A DNA stretch of 64,000 nucleotides, taken from Euprymna scolopes. Taxonomy: Eukaryota. A program made the position numbers and the translations under genes. Under the pieces are notes generated by a model that was not told the origin of the DNA, did no database searches, and saw nothing but the letters and a program-made list of their open reading frames with translations. The stretch lies in assembly GCA_053919585.1 (NCBI GenBank), contig CM132796.1. One strand, 5' to 3'. Positions 25,995-36,545 of this stretch are shown here, in pieces (position 1 is the first letter of the stretch; each line of letters starts with the position of its first letter).

Positions 25995-26853
25995 ATCTAT
26001 CTATCTATTATATCTATAAAACTGTGTGTCTGTGTGTCTGTGTGTCTGTGTGTGTACATTTCCCTACGCAATAACTCTGTCAATTTTAGGGCTACAGACT
26101 GGAAATTGGATATACAGGGTACTGAGATTTGGAAAAATCGATGTGATTTGGTTTTCGGCCAGAAATTTGGCGATTAAGCGGTCAAAGTTCAACGATTTGA
26201 ACTTTTAGAACTCTACCACACTCCTCCGACAATTTTTGGTCTACACACTTGAAATTTTAAATATAGGTTCATTTGACATGGATCTAACTTAATAACTCAA
26301 TTTGAGCCCAAAACAATAAAAAGGGGTCATAATAGGGCTCAAAGTAAAAAAAAATTGACCGCTTTTCTTTGCTCAACATACACCCCCAAATACCCGGGCA
26401 ACGCTGGGCACCCATGCTAGTATATCTCTAAAAGTGAACCTGTCTGTGTGTCTGTTTATCTGTGTGCGCATGTGTGCACATTTCCCTACGCAATAACTCT
26501 GTCAATTTTCAGTCGACTCGAAATTGGGTATACAGGGTACTGAGATTTGGGAATATCTTTGTGATCAGTTTTCGGCCAGAAATTTGCCTGTTAAGGGGGC
26601 AAAGTTCAACGAGTTGACCTTTGAGAACTCTGCCAAACTCCTCCGACAATTTGGGGTCTAAACACTTGAAATTTTAGATATAGGTGCTTTGAACATAGAT
26701 CTAACTTAATAACTTGATTTGAGCCCAAAACAATAATTTTAAGGGGTCATAATAGGGGTCAAAGTTTTAAAAAAATTGACGGCTTTTTTTCTTTTCTTTT
26801 GTTTTTTGCTCAGCATACACCTCCAAACACCCGGGCAACGCTGGGCTGAAATG

Positions 26854-26857
<4 letters not shown>
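25995..26857 (+). mobile_element. Two head-to-tail copies of non-autonomous Helitron-like family A
   Basis: Each copy (about 430 bp) ends cccgggcaacgctggg...CTAG (26420) or CTAA (26857); followed by (TA)n. Confidence 0.85.
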
Positions 26858-26910
<53 letters not shown>

Positions 26911-27754
26911 ACTTGTGAGACGATTATCTAGTTTACTCGCTCCAGGTCCTCTCCAGTGACACAAGTATCACACAAGTCTTACTAACAAGTATCAAACAAT
27001 ATTTGCTAACCTGTTAAACACAATGCGGCCGTAAGGTATCAATATATCACCGAATTTTGAAAGACTAAGTATCGACTAAGTATTGTTTTGTTATTTCACT
27101 AATTATTTTTGTATCAGTATCGACTTACGATGTACCGCTTTTATGGTTTTAGTATCAAATCTCACAAACAAGAAATGAAAGAGAGAGAAATTCGGAAATA
27201 GAAACAATAAAAAGTACTAGCGTGAAATGATCAATAAATCAATAGCATTATCTCTAAACTTTGGAATGTTTCCATAGTTTCCATAAAACTTAGGTATCGA
27301 CTAAATTATATCTCTCGCGGAATGCGTGTTTCAAATCCATTCAAAATAGGTTTTATTTTAAATACAGCGACACAAGACATAAAAACGTGTTATATCAGGA
27401 GATACTATAGAAAACTATTTTTGACAACGATTAGGAAAGCTGAAAATAATTGCTTACAATCGTTTTAATTTATTACTAGCAGGACCCGTGGAAATTCCAC
27501 GGTAGTTAAAATCTTGTAAAACACATCAATAAGAAATTCCTTATTGTTATATTACAAAAATGAACGTATGGAAGCAAGTAGAACAAACAAAGAACTGTAA
27601 TTAAAACTTTTATTGATGGCCAATGCGATCGTAACTGATGCTGTTGATATTGTCAGGAAGTGCTGGTGATGATTGAGGCGGTGAGGGACGTTGATCAGCT
27701 GCTTGGAGTGAGAATAGTGGTCAGTCAGCAGGTTCAGGGGAGTCAGACTGTGAA

Positions 27755-28075
27755 TTAAAAAAAAACTGTGTGACATTGTTGACATCGATTTTGTGAAAGT
27801 TCTGATGACCACAAGTTGTTTAATATTTCAGGACATCTTGGATTACATGTATAGGTAAGGAATAGGTCTGGCTTTCCATATTTACAGAAAACTGCCATTG
27901 CATCTTGATACAGTTGTTGAAGATTCCTAGGACTTCCTGTAAATGAAGATGGTAGAATAACTGGTACACCAGAATCGCCATCTTCATTCCTTGCTAAATG
28001 ATCCATTAAGCCAGAATATTGAGCAGTTCTTGGTTGACTGATAACTTTTAATGAAGTTAAATAAGCAACCGTCAA
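27755..28075 (-). pseudogene. Helitron Rep-domain fragment (motif 1 region)
   Basis: VILPSSFTGSPRNLQQLYQDAMAVFCKYGKPDLFLTYTCNP. Confidence 0.92.
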
Positions 28076-28517
28076 CTTTTACATATGCAATAGACTTTTT
28101 ATTTATTTTAAATTTTATTCAATGAAGATTTGGAAATTCACAAATATTTTCTAAGTCGAATTAGTGATATAGGTTTCAATTAATGCATCACAACTTCCTG
28201 ATAATATAAATAGAACACTTTGAATTTTCTTTACAAAAGTTTTTTCCATAAAAACATTGTAAGCTGTTATAATATTCAGACTCTTGTGTATTACATGCAT
28301 AGAAAATGAAGTGTTTCTGTAAATCTTACGAAATACAGTTAAATTTTGATTTTTCGATAATCAAAATGATGTGAGGTAGGTTAAACAAACTGTACACTAC
28401 TTTTTCATCAAATTATGAATTTTAAATATAAGGAAAGCAATTTAAAAAAAATTTTTTTCCAAAATCATATTTACATCCAAGTTAATTTTTAGATTCCATA
28501 GCTGTTCCTGATTGTTT

Positions 28518-30030
28518 TCATAACACTTCACGGTAAACAATATTCTTAGTATATGTTACACCACGCTTTCTGCCCTGATTATCATCTCTATGCAGTTGCA
28601 TTACCTTAAATTTCACACTGTGCTTAGATCGAGCTCTTGAACATGCCACATACAGCTGACCATGAGAAAATACAGGTTGTTGAAGATATATACCAACCTT
28701 ATCCAAAGTTTGGACTTGTGCTTTATTGATGGTTAGTGAATATGCTAATCGTATTGCAAACTGTATCTGATGAAATGCAAACGGAACATTTGTATCACTT
28801 GGCTTTAACTTAATTCTTGGAATGATAACTGTGGAACCTCTATTAGATCCATTAATTAAAATAGCAATGATGCTGTTTTGATGACATTCTTTTATTTTCA
28901 TCCTAGTTCCATTACAAAGTCCTTGATTTATGGATAAATTTCGCAGTCGCATTACTATTGCCCCTATTTTCACATCAAGTCGGTGAGGTAACATTCCAGA
29001 TGGAGTTAATGAATTTATGTACTCGATAGGATAATTTTGAAGTTCAGCATCATCATCGGAGATGTAATCTGCACTTAAATATGTATTTATGCCTCCGGGA
29101 AGATTATTTAGAATTTCTACATTTACTGTTAAACATTCTGTATTTTTTAGAGTCATGATGATTCAATTTTCCATTTCTTGAGGGCTGCAATCAAATATTT
29201 CTGAGATTAGAGAACCATTACATACCGAATAGTCAGGAAAATCTATGGCATCTACAGGAACGTCATTAAGACTGCTCGTTAGTGTACTATTACAAAGATG
29301 AAGGAGCCATCTAGAAAACTCCTGTTCATTTATGTTAGTTCTGACGTTTTGTGTTAGTTGTAATTGACTAAAATGATGCCACAATGGGCATCTTTTAAGA
29401 CAGGTGTCTATAATAGATGTAGGTGATCCATGTGGCACTACTGGTAAAATTTGCCTGAAGTCACCTCCAAGTATGAGAAATTTTCCACCAAATATTTTAT
29501 CGTTACCCATTATATCTTGTAAACATCTATCTATAGCAAGCAGTGCATGATTAGGTATCATAGAGGCTTCGTCTATGATGAATACCTTTACCTTTCTCAA
29601 AAATGAAGCATGCTCTGATACAGGAGAAACGTTACAGACACCGGTTTCTGTCAGAGGTAAAGGTAGTTTGAATATACTGTCGAGTGTTTTCCCTGAAGTT
29701 AGTAGCATTGCAGCAATGCCACAGTGGCGGTTACAGTACTGCTGGAGGTGAAGTAATCATATAACATGTTGAATAAAAAGGTTTTTCTGATCCGGCTGGG
29801 GCATCTAAATAGAAGCAATTGTTGTGTGGGGCTTCTTTTTCAGTTGCCATGACAGCCTTGATTATAGTATTAAAGACCTCTAATTGTTCATTGTTTAACA
29901 ATTCAACATTAGGCCCGTTTGTATTTCGAGTCATATTATCCATTGGAGGATCACCTGTTGGTTCAGGTAAACCCATTGCCTGGCAAGAAGAACCATGCTC
30001 ATTAAATATTGCTTTTATCAAATGAATAAC
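28518..30030 (-). pseudogene. Helitron PIF1-family helicase domain, frameshifted and partly deleted
   Basis: LNNEQ..FYLDAPAGSEK (Walker A), IIDEASM, GGDFRQILPV, GLCNGTR, LAYSLTINKAQ.QTL, FSHGQLYVACSR, TKNIVYREVL. Confidence 0.95.
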
Positions 30031-30046
30031 TTGGGGGATATGTATA

Positions 30047-31143
30047 TACACTGGCCCCCGCCCTTTGCGGCCCGGGCGACAAGATCAAAGTGTAGTATCT
30101 GTCCGGCAGATACTACACTTAAGATAATTTGTACCAGTCAATGGAGGGGAAACCCTCTATACTGGGACAATTATTATTTTTGGTAACCAGAGTGACCCCT
30201 TTTAGGGGAGCTGGTTTTTACCTCACATTAAAAACGGCCTTGTGCCTAATTTGCTCAGTGGGGGAGCAAATAAATACCATCTGTTCCGGCAGATGCTGCA
30301 CTTAAGATAATTTGTACCAGTCAATGGAGGGGAAACCCTCTATACTGGGAACCGCCTGGGTAATACCTAGGAGGTCCACCCTCCCAGGCCTTGCCACCGG
30401 GCTTTCCGGTGGGGCAAGTTTATTGCTTGCTGCCTGAGGCGCCTCGACCGGGGAATGCCGACGGGGTTACTCAGGCAATTTTTAAAATTGCAGGAGTGCC
30501 CCTCCTTTAGGGGAGCCTGCGGGGTTCCCACTTTCCGGCCTTGTGCCACATAATGCTGATGTGGGCAGCATTTAAATAAAAACCCTCTATACTGGGACAA
30601 TTATTATTTTTGGTAACCAGAGTGCCCCCTTTTTGCCTACTTTTAGGGGAGCTGGTTTTTACCTCACATTAAAACGGCCTTGTGCCTAATTTGCTCAGTG
30701 GGGGAGCAAATAAATACCATCTGTTCCGACAGATACTGCAAGCTATGACTAGCAAAGACCAGATGTGGGGGCAACCCCACATGTCTGACCTTTAACCAGC
30801 TCCCATTTCCCACTTCTCGGGAGCTGGTCCCCCCTTTCCCTTCCCCCTCCCTTCACTCCTCACATTAAAAATTGGCCTTGTGCCTAATTTGCTCGGTGGG
30901 GGAGCAAATAAATACCATCTGTTCCGACAGATACTGCAAGCAAAGACCATATGTGGGGGTAACCCCACATATCTACCTTGGTCAATGTAGGGGCAACTCT
31001 TCATACCAACAGTTCCTATCCAACTCCCATTTCCCACCCATCGGGAGCTGGTCCCCATTTCCCTCCCCCCTCCCTCTCTCTCTCCACATTAAAAAACGGC
31101 CTTGTGCCTAATTTGCTCAGTGGAAAAGCAAATAAATACAAAC
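30047..31143 (+). mobile_element. TSD-flanked array of four GC-rich structured units joined at U2 snRNA-like sequence
   Basis: 15-bp duplication tgggggatatgtata (30032-46, 31144-58); 22-nt U2 match at 30081-30102; units 2-4 begin atctgttc (30279, 30719, 30917); all units end ggccttgtgcctaatttgctc..gcaaataaatac. Confidence 0.75.
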
Positions 31144-31429
31144 TGGGGGATATGTATAATATATCCATTAATCCACTACACTTTACCGTAAAATTCGGCT
31201 AAAACAGTTGTTGACGAATTACCTCCTTTGAATCGATATCGTCTGCTTGTGACAATTGAAGCGAAAACCTTATTAGGTATTAAATGCTAAAACATTTTAA
31301 TACAGCTGGCTAATTGGCTATAAAGTAAGTTATTCCGATCTTTGATCTAACAGTTTAATTTAAAAGAAAGAGCTTAACATTTTCTTGTATCTTTTTTTTA
31401 TATTAAGAAAAATGTAAGCATCATGCTGA

Positions 31430-32570
31430 AATAAAAATGCCATTCTTAATAAGGGGAGAGGGTTTGACTATTCTAAATCTTCACCTAAATAACCATTTAA
31501 TGAAAAAAAAAGTTTAAAATGTTCTTGTATCTTTTTTATAATTTTTGTTAAATAAGAAAAATCAATAAACTTTGATAACACTATTGTAAGAATCATGCTG
31601 AAAGCCATTCTTAATATGGGGAGGGGGTAACTATTCTGAAACTTTACCTAACAATGTAAAAAAAAAATAAGGGAAAAATATATGTATGAACAATAAATAT
31701 TTCTTCAGTTAAAAAAATTATAGTGTAAATCTTTAAATAAGGAATAAATATTTATTTAAACCATAATTATTGAAACAGTATTTTACTGCATAAAAAAACG
31801 GTTATGGGGAGAAGGGTTAACTATTTTGAACCTTCTCCTAAATAGCCATTTAATGAAAAGAAAATTTAATGGTCTTGTATTTTTTTTTTGTATAATTTGT
31901 TTTAAAATAAAAAAAATAAAAACTTTGATACCGCTATTGTAAGAATCATGCCTAAAGCCATTCTTAATATGGGGAGGGGGTTGTATCTTTTTTATAAATT
32001 TTGTTAAATGAGAAAAATCAATAAACTTTGATAACACTATTGTAAGAATCATGCTGAAAGCCATTCTTAATATGGGGAGGGGGTTAACTATTCTGAAACT
32101 TTACCTAACAATGTAAAAAAATAAGGGAAAAATATATGTATGAACAATAAATATTTCTTCAGTTAAAAAATTATAGTGTAAATCTTTAAATAAGGAATAA
32201 ATATTTATTCAAACCATAATTATTGAAACAGTATTTTACTGCATAAAAAACGGTTATGGGGAGAAGGGTTAACTATTTTGAACCTTCACCTAAATAGCGA
32301 TTTAATGAAAAAAAAATTCAATGGTCTTGTATCTTTTTTTTGTATGATTTGTTTTAAAATAATAATAATAAAAAAACTTTGATACCGCTATTGTAAGAAT
32401 CATGCTGAAAGCCATTCTTAATATGGGGAGGGGGTTAACTATTCTGAAACTTCACCTAACAATGTAATAAAAATAATGGAAAAAATATATGTATGAACAA
32501 TAAATATTTCTTCAGTTAAATAAAATATACTGAAAATCTTTAAATAGGAAATAAATATTTCTTTAAATAA
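31430..32570. repeat. Internal tandem/direct repeats of the Helitron (about 350-450 bp period)
   Basis: aagaatcatgc..aaagccattcttaatatggggagggg recurs near 31589, 31941, 32044 and 32395. Confidence 0.85.
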
Positions 32571-35500
32571 ATTAAATTGTAAGTAATGAAACAAAGTGTT
32601 TTATTTCATATTAAAAAAATTGTCGTGTCCATTTTTTATAGTATTTAAATATGTATGCTCTGTCGGTGGGCATTAGAAGATGATGAATGCCTGTAAAAGA
32701 AGCAAATAAAACAGACAAAATATAAATAATAACTATGTAAACAACGTGAAGATGTATAAATGTTACAAAATTACTCGATTTGGCATTAAATAACACGAAA
32801 AAAGATTGATATGCCGTAAAACAAAAGCAAAACAGAACAAGACGTAAAATATGTTTTGACTATGTTACTCAGTGTATTTGCGAATGGTGACTTTGGTTAT
32901 TTATTTAATAAAGTCATTCTTGACTTTTGTAACATTTATTTCGAAACATATTTTTTGTTGTGTAAATAAAAAGTAAATAAAAAAAACATAAAGTGGCACA
33001 GTAAAAAAAAAAACGAACTCGTAACGTTAAATGTAAAAAATATATTTATTACTGAATAAAATAGAATAAACGTTCCTACAATAATAAACAGAAGGCATCG
33101 TTAAAAATGTAAGTAAAATACTATTTAAACTGTGGAACGATACCTTCTATGCATAATTTCCTTTAAAATAATCCGGAACCATAAATAGACAGTTATTATT
33201 ATTATTAATTTTTTTTTCTGTTCGGGAACTTTTGGGAAATAAAAGGGGTTACTGATTTTTAACTGATAAAGATTAAACAATAAAGGGAGATAATTCACAT
33301 TAATTAATGTTTGCGATGATGATGACGCGTTTCATTAATTAATGTTTGCGATGATGATGACGTGACACCGTACGTACAAGCAAATTAATATATAGATTAA
33401 TACGAAGCCCGTTTCAAAAGTAAAGCCTACTATTATTATATTCCATAAATAGGCGTACATATTTAAAAATGACGGGGGCATATATTACGATTATGAGGGA
33501 GACATTTATACAGTTCTTATACTCCTTGGGAACTTCGTATTAACCGTTCTTATAACACAGATAGAATGATAATGATATTTATATCAGGCAGGGGAATGTT
33601 TTTCTTTAAACATATCGAAGAGAGAGTGATATGATTCACAGTCCTTAACACAGAAAAGGGGAGATGCATAATCTTTTAAGGGTTACACAATGTTCATTAT
33701 AAGGTGATAAACGCAATTACCTTCCGTTCGTGATGAAGGGTGACACAAGACAACAGTTACAACATAATGATGACTTCTTTATTCATCTGATCGGCCGGTC
33801 GGTGACGTCAGGAATTCAAATTTGGATCTACATAATCTAAATGTTCTGCCTTCGCTTCCAAAGGTTCAGCTGACTGACTTAAATCTGAGCCTATAATATG
33901 GAGAAATATCCTTTGTCTATGACGTCAGAAGTGTTTTTCAAACGTGAACAATTTCACGTGGCTTTACATATGTTTGTCCAACACACTTTTGACAAACAAA
34001 AGAATCCTCAATTCTAATCTAACCTATTTTAAACAATATAATTTAATTTGCATTATTCATTCTTTTACTGACATATTTAATATTCACATTTCTAAAAGAA
34101 TTAACTCTAACATTCCATTTCTTAACTTTGCCTCCATGGTTCGATTCTAGGCTTATCCTAATCTCATTTTTACTTATCTAATATTCTTCTTATTTACATG
34201 GAAAGGGGACAGCCCTTTTCCATGTAACTCTATTTTTTATCTAAAAAGTTGAAAAGCTACAAAGACATAAGTGGTGCATTTTAAACAGGCGATCCTTTGT
34301 GCAACGGAAATTATTTTTCTACATAGTTACCATCATTATCAATGCACATCTTTTGCTAGAAATTAAATGACGCATCTCAGTTTCTACTGAACGTTTATAA
34401 CAGGGGTCGCTTTCGTAAAGTCTGATACCATCAATATCTACAACACAAAGATGATACTTTCAAGTTATGAATGTATAAGTTAAGTCACCATAATAATGCA
34501 ATGTGGAACCCCCTCTGATCAATTCGGGCGGAAATAACAATACGAGGCATTATTTTGGTACACCCCCTGTATATTTCTTTATTTTATTGTAAATCTTAAT
34601 TCTTATTTATTGCTTCAGTGGATACTTTATTTGCTCTTAATCTTTATTTGAATCTTGTGTATTTCATTTACCAGAATTTTATCATTTAATTGATTTTGCC
34701 TGTTTAATTGTACATAGTATTTGCTTTTAATGTCTTAATTGTATATCACATTCGCTTTTTAATTCTTTTAGTGTTTATTATAATTGATCTTACTTCCTGA
34801 ATTGTACATTTTACTTCTTCTTATTCCTTAATTCAATATTTTAATTAGTTTTATTTGCTCAATTATATATTTTAATTAATTTTACCTGCTTTATTGTATA
34901 TTTTATTTGCTTTTATTTGCTTAATAGGATGTTGTATTTGTTTTTAATAACGTAATATACATTTGACACTGCTTTTAATTGCTTAAACGTATTTAGTTAT
35001 TAATATGTCAGGAATTAATCCAATGATATATAGTGACTTAAAATGAGAAAATATGTATTTTCAAAATTAGGACATAAAATTGAAAGGTAAATACTTTTCA
35101 TGAATGTATAAATATTTTTTGGAGATAAAAAAATCTCAGTAAGACTTTGGGAATTCTGTCTACATATTTTTCCCGCAGAACCGATATTTTATGCTGTGAG
35201 GAACCTATAATAAATAAGACAATACTGTGGTATATATATACAGGGTGACCCAAAAAAACGGATCCCAACTCTAATTAGGCCCGTTTCTTAGTGTTTTGTC
35301 CGTATGAAACGTGACTTTGGTCATAACTAATTTATTATATTCAAAACATCACGTCAAAACACTAAGGTCTTTGTCCTTTTTTCTCCGTTGACTGTAAAAT
35401 GCTCAGAAAAACAATTGAATATCNNNNNNNNNNNNNNNNNNNNNNNNNNNNNNNNNNNNNNNNNNNNNNNNNNNNNNNNNNNNNNNNNNNNNNNNNNNNN

Positions 35501-35630
35501 NNNNNNNNNNNNNNNNNNNNNNNNNNNNNNNNNNNNNNNNNNNNNNNNNNNNNNNNNNNNNNNNNNNNNNNNGTACAAAATAGTATGTTACATGAAGACG
35601 TTTTAATTGCATTTTCACGCCAAACAATAT

Positions 35631-35700
35631 ATTGGTTGATTGGTTGGTTGGTTGTTTTATGGCATACCAACCCTTTTGAGGCTATTAAATGCCGAATCCA
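35631..35700 (-). mobile_element. Probable SINE/LINE 3' tail ending in (ccaa)n
   Basis: Minus strand ends ...gccataaaacaaccaaccaaccaatcaaccaa. Confidence 0.35.
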
Positions 35701-35959
35701 GTGATCTTAAAAAAATTTCTTTAATAGAATATATCGGTTTAATTGTTTTCAAGTTGGTTTCTATTCAACCCATAGTTGGGGCCCTAACAGGTACAACCAT
35801 TCCAGGTCAGAGGGGATCTGGAAGCAATGGCAATAAAAAGGTGTCTCCACACTCTCCAAAGAACCAAAACTGGGGCCTCACTATCGGATATATATTAAGG
35901 CCATATCCAGGACCACTTCAAACACGACACCGTACTAATTTGATGTAAGGGCCTATTAT

Positions 35960-36545
35960 TTGGGACATAATTTGCATGGATACCAAGTAAGGAGTTGAGC
36001 AGTAAGGAGTTTACACTACACTTGAACCTGCATGCCATTACAGTCAGGGAAGCAGAGACCCGGAAGAGAATTTCAAAGTCTAGCAGTCCGAGGGAACAAA
36101 CTCTTAGAGTGGAAGGATTTCTGGGAACCCCTACTGTGCGGTGGTGGGATTTTACTGATTGTCGGGTTTGACAGAGGTATTTACGTTGAGGGATTACAAG
36201 GCCGCATAGTTCAGAGTACCTACTATTAAAATACTTGTAGACCAGGCAGAGGGATGCAACATTTCGTGGAGGTGACAGTTTGAAGCCTAATTGACAGTGC
36301 GAAACTTATTAGGTTGGCGACTCTCTTCTGAACCCAGTCTATGAGTGAGAGATTACTAACAGATGCACCAGCTCAAATGTGGCAATACTACTCTATACAT
36401 GAGCGATTGGTGGCCTTGTAGAAGTAAAGGATACTCGCAAGTGGTGAGTAACTTTCTAGCAGCATCGAAAGAAATCACCTTTGCAGCAGCTTAGCAATGC
36501 CCTCAATGTAGCTGTTCAAATTAATGTTCTGTATGAACGTTAAGC
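35960..36545 (-). mobile_element. CR1/Jockey-group LINE 3' fragment
   Basis: Reverse complement colinear with 51215-51805 and 12740-13078. Confidence 0.8.

Larger units (their letters stand above)
27476..33396 (-). mobile_element. Helitron (internally rearranged), both termini present
   Basis: Minus strand: 5' a|TCtatatattaat at 33396; 3' hairpin ccgtggaa-t-ttccacgg followed by CTAG|t at 27476. Contains RepHel fragments. The 5' end is less certain than the 3' end. Confidence 0.75.

Noticed and set aside
30081-30102. Functional U2 snRNA gene (also at 9974-9998)
   Set aside because: Only 21-25 nt match; no U2 5' end, Sm site or 3' stem-loops
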